Source of the DNA: Chthoniobacteraceae bacterium
Lineage (GTDB): Bacteria > Verrucomicrobiota > Verrucomicrobiia > Chthoniobacterales > Chthoniobacteraceae
NCBI GenBank assembly: GCA_037190965.1
Contig: JBBCKI010000035.1
Span: 1-28,656 of the forward strand
DNA length: 28,656 nt
Direction: 5' to 3'
Under the pieces are notes generated by a model. That model was not told the DNA's origin, ran no database searches, and saw nothing but the letters and a program-made list of their open reading frames with translations. Every line of letters starts with the position of its first letter. Positions within the stretch are counted from its first letter, which is position 1. Both the position numbers and the translations under genes were made by a program. Below are positions 18,755-28,656 of this stretch, piece by piece.

Positions 18755-18854
18755 CAGAACTGCACCTCAGCGCCCGCGCTCAGGAGCGTGTCATATTTTC
18801 AGCGTGAAGTGATCCCATTTCGTTTCGGGACTGATTTCTTTCCGGGACCGGCGC

Positions 18855-20885
18855 CTAATTCCAAGACCTGCGGAAATTGCGACGTCTCAAGAGCAGCCCG
18901 ACGAGTCCGCATCCGAGCAGGGTGAGGGCGCTGGGTTCGGGGATGACAGTGGTGACCAGGGTGTAGCCGCCGAGACCGTCGTAGCCGGTCGCGGCCAGCG
19001 CGGCGAGAATGCCCTCCGCCGTGTCGGCGAAATAAACGATGGAGAGGTCGGACGAGATGGCCGTTTCCCAGGCGGAGCCGTTCCAGAATTCGATCCTGCC
19101 ATCGGTGAGCAGGGTATCAGTGAGGTAATCCGTCTGATCACCAAAGAGCGCCAGATAACCGGCGTCGAGGCGCAGGACGTTATCGCTGCCGCCGTTGACG
19201 GAAAAAGCAATCGTGTCGCTCAGGGATGTCCCCACCCGCACCAGCGCACTGTCTTTGATCGTCACGAAGTTGTTGGAGCCCTCCGATCCGATGAAGAGCG
19301 AGCCGTCGATCACCCACCGGGAATCTAGGTCCGAAACGGTCACGGTGTTGTTGTCGGAGAAGTCGCCGAGAACGGCGGTAGTGCCAATGAACACCACACC
19401 CTTCTGCGAAATGGCCAGCGATCCCGAGCCGGAGCGGCCCACGGTGAGATCGGAGTCAATTTGCCACGTGCCGCTGGTGAGCGTCGCGCTGCCTGAGGCA
19501 CCGGACTCTCCTCCGATCACCGCCCAGCTACTGGAGACGAGGCCGCCCTCGATCTGGAGGGAGCCGGTGCCGGAATTGCCGACGGTCAGATCCGCGCCGG
19601 CGGAAACGAGGCCGCCGCTGACCCGCAGAGTACCGGAGCCCTCATGGCCCAGGCTGAGGCCGGTCGCATTTTGCCACGTGCCGCTGGTAACGGTCACCGA
19701 GCCGGTCGCGCCGGATTGCAGCCCGACGTAGCCCGCGACATTCGAGACCAGGCCGCCTTCGATCCGCAAAGTGCCGGTGCCGCCCTCGCCCACGTTCAGG
19801 TCGGAGATGTTTTGCCACGTGCCGCTGATGATCGTCACCGAGCCGGTCCCGCCAGATTGCAGCCCGATGGAGCCTATGGCATTCGAGACGAGGCCGCCCT
19901 CCACCTCCAGAGTGCCGGTGCCGCTGTCGCCCACGTTCAGGTCGGAAGTGTTTTGCCACGTGCCGCTGGTGATCGTCACCGAGCCGATCGCGCCGGATTG
20001 CTGCCCGACGGAGCCTGCGGCATTCGAGACGAGACCGCCTTCGATCCGCAGAGTGCCGGCACCGCTGTTGCCAACTTCGAGATTGGAGGCGTTCTGCCAA
20101 GTGCCACTGGTGATCGTCGCGCTGCCGGAGCCGCCGGAGACATCGCCAAGCGCACTGAGTCCGGCGGAAACGAGGCCGCCCTCAATCCGGAGCGTGCCGG
20201 TGCCGCTGCTTCCCACCACGAGATAGGATTCAGCCTGCCAGGTGCCGCTCGTGATCGTCGCGCTGCCGGAGCCAACCGAGGTATCGCCGATCGAACTAAC
20301 GTCAGTGGAAACAAATCCACCTTCGATCCGAAGCGCGCCGGTGCCGCTGTTTCCCACGTAAAGGTTCGAGGAGGTCTGCCACGTACCGCTCGTGATCGTC
20401 ACGCTGCCGGAGGCTCCGGAGAAATCGCCGATAAAGCCCCACGCATTGGAAACGAGGCCGCCATCAATCTGGAGCGTGCCGGAACCCCGGCTGCCCACCA
20501 CGAGTTCGGAGTCATTTTGCCAGATGCCGCCTGTGATCGTTGCTTTGCCACTGGAGTTGGCGCGAAAGCCCAGGATGCTGTAGGCGCCGGACAGGGTGCC
20601 GCCATTGATCTCGAGTGAGCCGGTCGATCCGGAGATGGATCCAAAGCGCAGATCGCCGTAGGTGCCGGTCGCCGCACCGGAAAGCCGGGCCGTGCCGCTA
20701 TTCAGGGAGGTGATGTCCGTACCGTTCGGAACCCGGCCGAGGTTCCAGTTTCCCGCGACGTTCCACGCCCCCACGCCGCCCTGCCAGGTCAGATTGGCGG
20801 CCTGCATGGGAAGGACGGCGCTCAGGGCGAACGCTGCGGCTAGCAGGTTTCGATGGCGGGACAAAGCATGCGCGGAGAATCTCAT
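18855..20885 (-). CDS. PEP-CTERM surface protein with autotransporter-like (T5SS/PEP-CTERM-associated) Gly/Ser/Thr repeats
   Basis: Signal peptide ending PMQA; repeats VG.SG.GTL.IEGG.VS...G.IG...G..GS.TITSGTWQ; C-terminal VIPEPS-TM-RRR sorting signal. Confidence 0.92.
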   Translation of the reverse strand: MRFSAHALSRHRNLLAAAFALSAVLPMQAANLTWQGGVGAWNVAGNWNLGRVPNGTDITSLNSGTARLSGAATGTYGDLRFGSISGSTGSLEINGGTLSGAYSILGFRANSSGKATITGGIWQNDSELVVGSRGSGTLQIDGGLVSNAWGFIGDFSGASGSVTITSGTWQTSSNLYVGNSGTGALRIEGGFVSTDVSSIGDTSVGSGSATITSGTWQAESYLVVGSSGTGTLRIEGGLVSAGLSALGDVSGGSGSATITSGTWQNASNLEVGNSGAGTLRIEGGLVSNAAGSVGQQSGAIGSVTITSGTWQNTSDLNVGDSGTGTLEVEGGLVSNAIGSIGLQSGGTGSVTIISGTWQNISDLNVGEGGTGTLRIEGGLVSNVAGYVGLQSGATGSVTVTSGTWQNATGLSLGHEGSGTLRVSGGLVSAGADLTVGNSGTGSLQIEGGLVSSSWAVIGGESGASGSATLTSGTWQIDSDLTVGRSGSGSLAISQKGVVFIGTTAVLGDFSDNNTVTVSDLDSRWVIDGSLFIGSEGSNNFVTIKDSALVRVGTSLSDTIAFSVNGGSDNVLRLDAGYLALFGDQTDYLTDTLLTDGRIEFWNGSAWETAISSDLSIVYFADTAEGILAALAATGYDGLGGYTLVTTVIPEPSALTLLGCGLVGLLLRRRNFRRSWN
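19462..20620 (-). repeat. Intragenic 141-nt (47-aa) tandem repeats
   Basis: WQ anchors at 19672, 19813, 19954, 20095, 20236, 20377 and 20518 (141-nt period), plus one at 19462 (210-nt spacing). Confidence 0.9.
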
Positions 20886-21678
20886 GAGGGGAAAAATGAT
20901 CCAGGTTCAGCCCGTTTGCTAAGTCCCAACGAGTGTCTCCAGCCGAGCCGAGCCGGAGACCTATCATCAAATTGAATAGGCATGCCGTTCCTAACAAGCG
21001 AGATCCAAAGATGTCAAACAAAAGAAGCCGCCGTCGCGAGGAGGTGGCAGGGAGGGACTTGGGCCCGAGTGAGCTGTCACAAGATCGGGGAGGCGGTCCG
21101 GAAATACGAATGAGCCAGTCCTGGTTGATTCCCCGGCGTCGGCAAGCTTCGATGGCGGTGTAGAGGATGGCGCTTCGCTCTCCGGCTTCGGCGTTTTGAA
21201 ATTCCCAATGGAAATTTCAAAACCTCAGCAAAACAGATCAGTCGAAAAAACTCCACAAAAGGGAAACCCCTTGGGGAACTCGTCTCCTTGCAGCGGGTGA
21301 TCGAGCAGGAAGCGGAAAGCCCGTTTCCGAATCGAGAAAGGGTTCTGGCCTGGGAACGGCAGTACGCAGAAAAGGCCCTCACCTTAGTCGCGCTGGAAGT
21401 GCGGAACTACCGGAGGAATTACCGCCTTTAACCCGAAGGCGGGGCCTCTATCCGCTGGCTTTTTCCTTCAATTCCTGATAGAAATCTCCGCAACCCTTAT
21501 TTTTCCAATATGGCTATGAGTGCAATAAATTCTATAGCCATTGCTTTGCGGCGGCGTAGGCCGTTGCGCGGCCCTTCAAGCTCGGGCAGTATTGAAAATA
21601 CAGCCGCTTCGCTTGAAAAGCCGCACACCAGCCCACGGCGCTCGCAAAATCAACGGCTATACTTTTTATTGAAGCGCT

Positions 21679-23322
21679 CTAGCCTGATTTCCGGCCGAGC
21701 TTCCGCTTCACGAGCTTGATGACCTCTTCCATCTCGTCGAGGCGCAACAAGGCCACCGCGATGCTGAAAACCAATGCTCCGGCTCCGATGGTCGCGAGCA
21801 CCGCAAGCAGTTTCGGCACAAAAGCCATATGCGCAAGATCGGCGAAGAGCCACCGTTGCGCGGCAAGGCAAACCAGGGCCAGCGGGAGCGAGGCAACCGC
21901 CAGCTTGACGAGGTTGCTCAACATCAGACGCGTCCCCAGCATTTTGGTATGACGCCGCATGAGGAAGTAGAGGATGGCAAAGTTCGTCAACGCCACCAGA
22001 CTGGTGGAGAGCGCCAATCCTCGATGCCCGAACCCGAGATAAAAGGTGAAGTACTGGTTGAGGATATAATTGAGCGCGATGGAGAAGAAGCTCACCAGCA
22101 TCGGGAGGTTACGCTTGTCCACCGCGTAAAATGCCGGGACGAGGACTTTGATCCCGGAGTAGGCAACCAGCCCGATGGCGTAATACTTCAACGCACCGGC
22201 GGTTGCCACCGTCGCGGCCACGTCGAATCTCCCCCGCTGCAACAGCAGGGAAATAATCGGCTCCCCAAGAAAAATCAGGCCGACGGAGCATGGGATCGTC
22301 AACAGAAAGGCCAGCCGCATCCCCCGGCCCAGCGCAGAGCGAAAGCCATGGTGATCGTTGGTGGAAGCCAACCTCGAAACGAGCGGCAGCGTGACCGTCG
22401 CGACCGCCACGCCAAACATGCCAAGCGGCAACTGCATCAGTCGGAACGCATAATTGAGCGATGACGCGGCTCCCGCCTCGAGTTCGTTGGCAAAGCCGGT
22501 GTTGACCATGACGTTCACCTGCACGGCACTGGCGGCAACGACCGCCGGGCCCATCAGCAGGAGAATCCGGCGCACCCCGGAGTCCCGCCACTGAAAATCG
22601 GGACGGAACCGGAAGCCGACCCGGCGCAGGGCCGGGAATTGCACGATGAGCTGGAGCAACCCCCCGATGAGCGTCCCGATGGAAAGGCCGACCAGCGCAC
22701 GAGGACCGAAAGTCGGATCGATCAGGTAAGCGAGCCCCGCCCCTCCGATGATCGAGCCGAGATTGAAGAAGCTCGACGCCATGGCAGGCATCCCGAAGAC
22801 ATGCTTGGCATTGAGCATCCCCATCGTCAGCGCGGCCAGCGAGACAAGGAGAATGAAGGGGAACATGATCCTCGTCAGAAGCGTCGTCGTGGCGACTTCC
22901 TCCGGCGTGTAACTTCCCGCGAGCAGCCAGACCAACTGAGGTGCGAAGAGGACGCCGAGCAGCGTCACCAGACTCATGAAAACGGTGGCCAGCGTGGCGA
23001 CTTTGTTGGCAAGTCTCCACGCGGAGTCGTCCCCCTCCGTCGCGATTTTTGCGGAAAACGTCGTAATGAACGCCGTCGAGAGGGCTCCTTCGGCAAACAG
23101 GTCGCGCAGCAGGTTCGGCACCCGGAACGCGGTGACGAACATATCCATGTTCCGGTCCGCCCCAAAGAGCGCGCCAAAGACAATCTCCCGGATTAACCCA
23201 AGCACCCGGCTGCACGCGATTGCCAGCCCGACGACTCCGGCGGCTTTCGTGTTCAGTTTGTCGAGATTGGGCGCGGGTCGTTCGGAAGCGGGGCCGTTTG
23301 CGGAGGAAGCGGGAGTCGTCAT
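21679..23322 (-). CDS. murJ: Lipid II flippase MurJ (MviN)
   Basis: SRVLGLIRE, AFRVPNLLRDLFAEGA, RLMQLPLG, RGRFD; many TM helices. Confidence 0.97.
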   Translation of the reverse strand: MTTPASSANGPASERPAPNLDKLNTKAAGVVGLAIACSRVLGLIREIVFGALFGADRNMDMFVTAFRVPNLLRDLFAEGALSTAFITTFSAKIATEGDDSAWRLANKVATLATVFMSLVTLLGVLFAPQLVWLLAGSYTPEEVATTTLLTRIMFPFILLVSLAALTMGMLNAKHVFGMPAMASSFFNLGSIIGGAGLAYLIDPTFGPRALVGLSIGTLIGGLLQLIVQFPALRRVGFRFRPDFQWRDSGVRRILLLMGPAVVAASAVQVNVMVNTGFANELEAGAASSLNYAFRLMQLPLGMFGVAVATVTLPLVSRLASTNDHHGFRSALGRGMRLAFLLTIPCSVGLIFLGEPIISLLLQRGRFDVAATVATAGALKYYAIGLVAYSGIKVLVPAFYAVDKRNLPMLVSFFSIALNYILNQYFTFYLGFGHRGLALSTSLVALTNFAILYFLMRRHTKMLGTRLMLSNLVKLAVASLPLALVCLAAQRWLFADLAHMAFVPKLLAVLATIGAGALVFSIAVALLRLDEMEEVIKLVKRKLGRKSG

Positions 23323-24311
23323 GCGTGGGCGGCCTTTCTGAGCCGATCCATGATCGCCACACCGAGACCGGTTTCCGGCACCGGTTCGGCAATGATCAGG
23401 TCAAGATTCGCCTCGTCAAGCCGCCGCATGGCGGCAAAGAGGCGCGCGGCGGCTTCGCGGAGATCGCCCGAGGGGCTCAATACCTCCACGTGGGCAAATC
23501 CCGCTGCCGCGGGCGAAAGCGGGTGCCAAGCGAGCAAACCGCACCGCCTTCCGGTGAGCGGAAGCGGGGAACTGCCCGGGGACGAAAGCTGCAACGGCGT
23601 GCGCGGCGCGTAATGGCTCTCGAGTTGCCCGGGGGCGACCGGTTTCGCAATCGCGCCAGGGACGGTGACTTCGCCGAACTGCTCCAATTCCTCGCGGGTC
23701 ACGGGGCCGCTTCGCAGCACTTCAATCCGTCCGGAGGCAACGGCGATGATGGTCGATTCCACACCGTGCGCCGTCTCCCCTCCATCGAGAACGAGGGGGA
23801 TGCGACCGGAGAGTTCGCTCATCACGTGCTCCGCCCGGGTCGGGCTGATCCGCCCGAAGCGATTTGCACTCGGCGCGGCAAGGGGAAACCCGCACGCCTC
23901 CACGACTGCTTGGAAGACCGGGTGCGCGCTCATCCTCACGGCAACCGTCGGAAGGCCGGAAGCGACGACATCGGGAATGGCCTCCCGCCGGGGCAGGACC
24001 AGCGTGAGCGGGCCGGGCCAAAAACGCCCGGTCAACTCCGCGATCAATCCGGCATCCCGGGGAGCAATGCTGGCGATACGCTCCAGCCATTCCCAATCCG
24101 GCACATGAACAATGAGCGGATCGAAAAACGGCCGCTCCTTGGCTTCGAAAATCTTGAGCGCGGCTTCGGCGCGGGTGGCATCGGCGGCCAGCCCGTAGAC
24201 CGTCTCCGTCGGGAGCGCCACCGGCTCCCCTGCGCTCAACTGGCGCACGGCGGCCTCCACCGCCTGGGCAAGCAGTTCAGGAGTGTGCGTGGGCAGAAGG
24301 GAGGTATTCAA
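23319..24311 (-). CDS. sua5: L-threonylcarbamoyladenylate synthase, Sua5/TsaC2 type (YrdC + SUA5 domains)
   Basis: PTETVYGL, KERP..DPLIVH, FWPGPLT, APSAN, GVESTI, APGQLESHYAP; TTG start at 24311 inferred. Confidence 0.95.
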   Translation of the reverse strand: MNTSLLPTHTPELLAQAVEAAVRQLSAGEPVALPTETVYGLAADATRAEAALKIFEAKERPFFDPLIVHVPDWEWLERIASIAPRDAGLIAELTGRFWPGPLTLVLPRREAIPDVVASGLPTVAVRMSAHPVFQAVVEACGFPLAAPSANRFGRISPTRAEHVMSELSGRIPLVLDGGETAHGVESTIIAVASGRIEVLRSGPVTREELEQFGEVTVPGAIAKPVAPGQLESHYAPRTPLQLSSPGSSPLPLTGRRCGLLAWHPLSPAAAGFAHVEVLSPSGDLREAAARLFAAMRRLDEANLDLIIAEPVPETGLGVAIMDRLRKAAHA

Positions 24312-24333
24312 CGTTCGGTGATGGAAACTAGCA

Positions 24334-25482
24334 CTAGGGTTGCCGAGCCAAAAGACGCCTTGCCTCGCGGACGCGTTCCGCAGCTTCCGCGGTATCGACG
24401 CCAAAGGCCACGAGATGCCCCATCTTGCGCCCGGGCCGCGCCTCGGCCTTGCCGTAGAGATGAAGTTTGACCTCGGGCATCGCCAGGGCGGCCTCCCAGT
24501 CCGGCTCGCCGTTCGCCCAGACGTCGCCCAGGAGATTGGCCATCGCCGAGGGGCGCAACGACTCGGTCGAGCCGAGCGGAAGCCCGCACACCGCGCGGAG
24601 TTGCTGCTCAAACTGGCTGGTGATACTGGCGTCGAAGCTGAAGTGCCCCGAGTTGTGCGGGCGCGGCGCCAATTCGTTGACGAGGATGGAACCATCCGCC
24701 AGCAGGAACATCTCGACCGCCATCAGGCCCACAAGATCAAGCGATTCGGCAATTTGCACCGCAAGCTGCCGCGCACGGTCCGCCACCCCGCTGGAGATCC
24801 CTGCGGGAACGACTGTCACATCGAGGATGTGGTTGGCATGGATGTTCTCGCAAACTGGGTAGGTCACCACGGAGCCGTCCACGCTGCGCGCGACGAGCAC
24901 GGAGATTTCCTTCTCGAAAGTCACGAAACCTTCCAACACCGCCGCCGCGCCTTCGAAGGGAGCCCATGCGGCGTTAAGGTCGTCGCCGGGAAGAATTTTG
25001 CGCTGACCCTTGCCGTCGTAGCCAAAGGCAGCGCTCTTGAGCACGGCGGGCGCGCCGATCTCGGCCACCGCCGCGATCAACTCCGCGGCGCTGCCGATCT
25101 TGCGAAAGGGCGGGAGCGGAATCCCCGCCCCGGCCAGAAATTCCTTTTCGCGAAGCCGGTGCTGACAGACATGCAGCACGCGTCCCGAGGGGCGAACGAC
25201 GCAATGTTCCGCCGCCCATCCCGCGCATTGGACGGGAATGTTTTCGAACTCGAAGGTAAGCACGTCGATGCCGCGCGCGAACTCGCGCACCGCCGCCTCG
25301 TCGTCATAACGGGCGGCGACCTCCAGATCGGCCAGTTGGCCCGTGGGGGTATCTTCATCCGGGCTGAAGGTGTGGACCCGGTAGCCCATCCGGCGAGCCG
25401 CGATGGCAAACATGCGGCCCAACTGCCCCCCGCCCATGACCCCGAGCGTGCTGCCGGGAAGAAAAACTCGCTTTGCGCTCAT
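24334..25482 (-). CDS. purK: N5-carboxyaminoimidazole ribonucleotide synthase
   Basis: [46 protein letters not shown]. Confidence 0.98.
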   Translation of the reverse strand: MSAKRVFLPGSTLGVMGGGQLGRMFAIAARRMGYRVHTFSPDEDTPTGQLADLEVAARYDDEAAVREFARGIDVLTFEFENIPVQCAGWAAEHCVVRPSGRVLHVCQHRLREKEFLAGAGIPLPPFRKIGSAAELIAAVAEIGAPAVLKSAAFGYDGKGQRKILPGDDLNAAWAPFEGAAAVLEGFVTFEKEISVLVARSVDGSVVTYPVCENIHANHILDVTVVPAGISSGVADRARQLAVQIAESLDLVGLMAVEMFLLADGSILVNELAPRPHNSGHFSFDASITSQFEQQLRAVCGLPLGSTESLRPSAMANLLGDVWANGEPDWEAALAMPEVKLHLYGKAEARPGRKMGHLVAFGVDTAEAAERVREARRLLARQP

Positions 25483-25973
25483 CGAATTTCAGGAAGTTTG
25501 CTCTCCAGCACGTCGGCGGTCTGCTTATCGCGGAAGGCCACCAGCGCCTGCCGGATTTCCTCGTCGGTCCCGGCGAGAATGGCGGCGGCGAGCAGCCCCG
25601 CGTTCTTGGCTCCCGCGCTGCCGATAGCCAGCGTGCCGACAGGGATGCCGCCCGGCATCTGCGCGATGGAAAGGAGCGAGTCCATCCCGTTGAGTGCCTT
25701 GCTCTGCACGGGAACCCCGAGCACCGGCAGCCACGTCTGGGCGGCCACCATGCCGGGAAGATGCGCCGCGCCCCCCGCGCCCGCGATGATGACACGGATC
25801 CCCCGCCCTGCCGCTTCGGCGGCGAAGCTCGCCATCAGACCGGGAGTGCGATGGGCAGAGACAACGCGGTGTTCCGAAGGAACCCCCAGCGCGTCGAGAA
25901 TCTCGACGGCATGGCGCATGGTGTCCCAGTCGGACGTGCTTCCCATGATGACAGCAACAAGCGGAGAGTGCAT
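25479..25973 (-). CDS. purE: N5-carboxyaminoimidazole ribonucleotide mutase
   Basis: [42 protein letters not shown] at 25973; stop overlaps the purK start. Confidence 0.98.
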   Translation of the reverse strand: MHSPLVAVIMGSTSDWDTMRHAVEILDALGVPSEHRVVSAHRTPGLMASFAAEAAGRGIRVIIAGAGGAAHLPGMVAAQTWLPVLGVPVQSKALNGMDSLLSIAQMPGGIPVGTLAIGSAGAKNAGLLAAAILAGTDEEIRQALVAFRDKQTADVLESKLPEIR

Positions 25974-26203
25974 AGAAGCCTGTTCCAATCGCATCCCGCC
26001 GCCTCCGTGTAAACTCTATTCTTGCAGGGAACGGCACGCGCCCTGCGACGCGAACAGTCGACCAGTACGCCTGTCGGAACTCCGCTTTTTTCCATACACT
26101 CAGTTCATATTTGAACAAAGGAGCGGCTACGGTAGTCTGTAAAAAGAATCACGCGACGCAAGCGGCTGACCGCCGAAGCGCCGCCGATTTTTTTGGCTCA
26201 CCT

Positions 26204-27595
26204 ATGAAATATTGCACCCTTTTGCTTGCGGGAATGATCGCGGCCGCCAGCCCTGCCCGGGCTGAAACCGCTCCGCCCGCCGCCTCGGCCACACCCGCAG
26301 CCCCGGTCAAAATGCCCGTGATCGATTTTGTGGAATACGATCTGCCCAACGGGTTGCACGTAATTTTGCACCGCGACACCACCGTCCCGGTCATTTCCAC
26401 TTACGTGCACTACCATGTGGGAAGTAAAAACGAGCGGCCGGACCGGACCGGGTTTGCGCACTTTTTCGAGCACCTGATGTTCGAGGGGACCGAAAACATC
26501 AAACGCGGCCAGATCGACAAGCTTGTCTCCGCCGCAGGGGGAAATCTGAACGCCTCCACCTCGTTCGACCGGACGGATTACTACTTCAACCTCCCCGCCA
26601 ACCAGCTCTCCCTCGCCCTTTGGATCGAGAGCGACCGGATGCTTCAGGCCAAGGTGGATGAAACCGGGGTGGAAACCCAACGGTCAGTGGTGAAGGAAGA
26701 ACGCCGCCGTTCGGTGGACAACGCGCCATTCGGCACCGTGTTCGAGAACCTCGCCGCCCTTGTCTTTGCGGGAACTCCCTACGCGTGGACGCCCATCGGC
26801 TCGGCCCAATACATCGATCAGGCAACGATCGAGGAGTTCCGTGATTTCTACCGCCGTTACTACGTCCCCAACAACGCCACCCTGGTCGTCGCGGGCGATT
26901 TCGAGATCGACGCGGCCAAGAAGCTGATCGAAGAGTACTTCGGGCCGATCCCGCGCGGCGCCGAGATCGAACGGCCAAAATTCACCCTGCCGCGCCAGGA
27001 GGAACCGCAGGAGAAAACAGTGACGCTGCCGACCACGCCGATCCCGGCGACACTCCACGCCTGGCGCGCTCCGAAGGAGACCTCCAAGCATGCCCCGGCT
27101 CTGGAGTTGCTTGCCGACATCCTCGCCACCGGGCGCAGTTCCCGGCTCTATAACAAGCTCGTGCGTGAGACCCAGGTTGCCTCGGATGTGGATGTCTTCC
27201 CCTATCTGCTGGAAAACGGAGGAGTGCTCGGGATCTTCGTCATCGGCAACCCGGACACCCCGATTGAAAAGCTCGACAAGATGATCGAGGCGGAAGTGGC
27301 CGCCGTTCGCGACCGCGGTGTGACGGCAGAGGAACTGCAAAAGGCCAAAAACCAGAAATTGACCGAGCTTGCCTCCGCATTCAGCACCATGCAAAAGCGG
27401 GCGTCCAACCTCGCCTATTTTCATGTGATGTTTGGCGACACTGCCGAGATCAACCGGCAACAGGCCCGCATCGAAGGGGTGACTCTGGAGGACATCCAGC
27501 GCGCCGCCCACGAATACCTGACCCCACGGGGAGTGAACATCCTTCGCTACCCGGTCGAAACACCAACTTCCCCGGAGAACCCAGCCAAACCGTAA
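26204..27595 (+). CDS. M16 family zinc metallopeptidase, catalytic subunit (exported)
   Basis: Signal peptide from ATG 26204; LPNGL, inverted zinc motif HFFEH, NASTSFDRTDY, EERR. Confidence 0.95.
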   Translation: MKYCTLLLAGMIAAASPARAETAPPAASATPAAPVKMPVIDFVEYDLPNGLHVILHRDTTVPVISTYVHYHVGSKNERPDRTGFAHFFEHLMFEGTENIKRGQIDKLVSAAGGNLNASTSFDRTDYYFNLPANQLSLALWIESDRMLQAKVDETGVETQRSVVKEERRRSVDNAPFGTVFENLAALVFAGTPYAWTPIGSAQYIDQATIEEFRDFYRRYYVPNNATLVVAGDFEIDAAKKLIEEYFGPIPRGAEIERPKFTLPRQEEPQEKTVTLPTTPIPATLHAWRAPKETSKHAPALELLADILATGRSSRLYNKLVRETQVASDVDVFPYLLENGGVLGIFVIGNPDTPIEKLDKMIEAEVAAVRDRGVTAEELQKAKNQKLTELASAFSTMQKRASNLAYFHVMFGDTAEINRQQARIEGVTLEDIQRAAHEYLTPRGVNILRYPVETPTSPENPAKP

Positions 27596-28656
27596 TGAAC
27601 GCTCTTCCCACCTTCCTGCACGTCGCTCTTGGCGTTGCCATGCTGGTCCCAGCCGCCTTCGGCGCGGTGGACCGGTCGCATCCTCCAAAGGCCGGCCCCT
27701 TCCCGACGGTGACTCTTCCAAAAGCCGTTTCGGAAACCCTTCCCAATGGGCTGCGCGTCTTCGTCCTGCCCGACCCACGTCAGCCGACCGTAACCTTCCG
27801 GCTCCTCATCAAGTCGGGCGATGCCCTCGACGGAGACAAAACCGGACGGGCGAGCCTCACGGCCAGCCTTCTCAATAAAGGAACGCCCGATCTTTCCGCC
27901 GAGGAGTTCGCCAAAAAGACCGATTTCCTCGGTGCCACCGTGGAAGCATCCTCTGGGGAAGATTTCATCAGCATCGTGGCCTCCGGGCTTTCCCGGTACA
28001 CCCCTGAGCTCCTCGGTTTCCTGAAGGATGTCGCGCTCCGCCCCGCCTTTCTCCAGAGCGAACTGGACAAGGAGAAGGTCAAGGCGATCTCCGGCCTCGT
28101 GCAGGCCAAGGGGAACCCGGGCGTTCTTGCCGATCGCCTCCGCAACAAGCTGCTCTATGGGCAACACCCTTACGGCGCGTTTGCGACGCCCGAATCGGTA
28201 AAGTCCCTGACGAGGGAGGACCTGGCGGACTTTCACTCGACCTTCTTCGTTCCCAACAATGCCACGCTGGCGATTGTCGGCGATGTCGATCCGCAGAAGG
28301 CCCTCGCCGACGCCAAGAAAGCGTTTGGCGACTGGAAAATGGGGGAGCTCCCCACGGCGAAACTCCCCGGCTTCCCGGAAATCAGCGGAGTAACTTATCA
28401 CCTCATCGACCGCCCGGCCTCCGTGCAGAGTAACCTGATGGTGGCGGGCAAAGGCGTCCCGCGCAACAACCCGGACCTCCGCGAACTAAGCGTGGTCAAC
28501 TCCGTCCTCGGCGGCGGCTTCTCGGGGCGGCTATTCGGAAACCTGCGCGAGAAGCACGGTTTTACCTACGGCTCGTACTCGTCGTTTGATTCCAACAAGC
28601 TCGGCGGCTCCTTCTCGGCCAGCGCGGAAGTAAGAAACGCGGTGACCGGAGCGGCG
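27595..28656 (+). CDS. M16 family peptidase, non-catalytic partner subunit (3'-truncated by window)
   Basis: TAATG overlap at 27593-27597; MNALPTFLHVALGVAMLVPAAFG signal, LPNGL, ASLTASLL in place of HxxEH, RLFGNLREKHGFTYG R/Y motif. Missing from the ORF track because it has no stop in the window. Confidence 0.93.
   Translation, partial: MNALPTFLHVALGVAMLVPAAFGAVDRSHPPKAGPFPTVTLPKAVSETLPNGLRVFVLPDPRQPTVTFRLLIKSGDALDGDKTGRASLTASLLNKGTPDLSAEEFAKKTDFLGATVEASSGEDFISIVASGLSRYTPELLGFLKDVALRPAFLQSELDKEKVKAISGLVQAKGNPGVLADRLRNKLLYGQHPYGAFATPESVKSLTREDLADFHSTFFVPNNATLAIVGDVDPQKALADAKKAFGDWKMGELPTAKLPGFPEISGVTYHLIDRPASVQSNLMVAGKGVPRNNPDLRELSVVNSVLGGGFSGRLFGNLREKHGFTYGSYSSFDSNKLGGSFSASAEVRNAVTGAA

Noticed and set aside
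19462..20620. Regularly spaced repeats as a possible CRISPR array or DGR template
   Set aside because: The period is 47 codons within an intact ORF, with no unique spacers, cas genes or reverse transcriptase.
20968..20990. Possible sigma-54 promoter for the PEP-CTERM gene (minus strand cggcatgcctattca)
   Set aside because: The -24 GG is present but the -12 position reads CA, not GC; too weak to call.
21510..21719. 69-aa plus-strand ORF
   Set aside because: Overlaps the murJ 3' end, with no motif or convincing RBS.
24312..24695. N-terminal extension of Sua5
   Set aside because: Overlaps purK in another frame; Sua5 homology begins near 24311.
24340..26142. 600-aa plus-strand ORF over purK/purE, and similar long ORFs over murJ, sua5, the M16 genes and the PEP-CTERM gene
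   Set aside because: Arg/Ala/Gly-rich antisense or off-frame shadows of clearly identified genes.
25974..26203. Possible purine or ZTP riboswitch upstream of purE
   Set aside because: No conserved riboswitch core recognised; looks like an ordinary divergent promoter region.

Overview
Bacterial chromosomal window, most likely Verrucomicrobia (Spartobacteria/Chthoniobacterales-like). This assignment is an inference from the PEP-CTERM repeat protein, the pilin-like domain and the REP types. An AT-richer island end (1-~1830) carries a 5'-truncated protein with an apparent papain/transglutaminase-like Cys-His-Asp triad, a secreted partner and a transposase scrap. The GC-rich backbone follows: a ku-ligD NHEJ pair (LigD lacks the polymerase domain), a His-rich DUF2946-like small ORF ending in HAPP upstream of a His-rich outer-membrane barrel, an AI-2E transporter, monomeric icd, cinA, an orphan parA, a hybrid PAS histidine kinase, YkgJ, SecDF-like and BsuPI-like exported proteins, a decayed serine recombinase, a PEP-CTERM protein with 141-nt tandem repeats, a purE-purK-sua5-murJ cluster and a two-subunit M16 peptidase running off the end. 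Three families of intergenic REP-like palindromes are present. No rRNA, tRNA or CRISPR array was seen. Best candidates for new biology: (i) a possible metal-sensing arrest-peptide leader controlling the outer-membrane protein, and (ii) the enzyme/partner (toxin-immunity-like) pair at the left edge. All family calls are from motif recognition by eye; no database searches were run.
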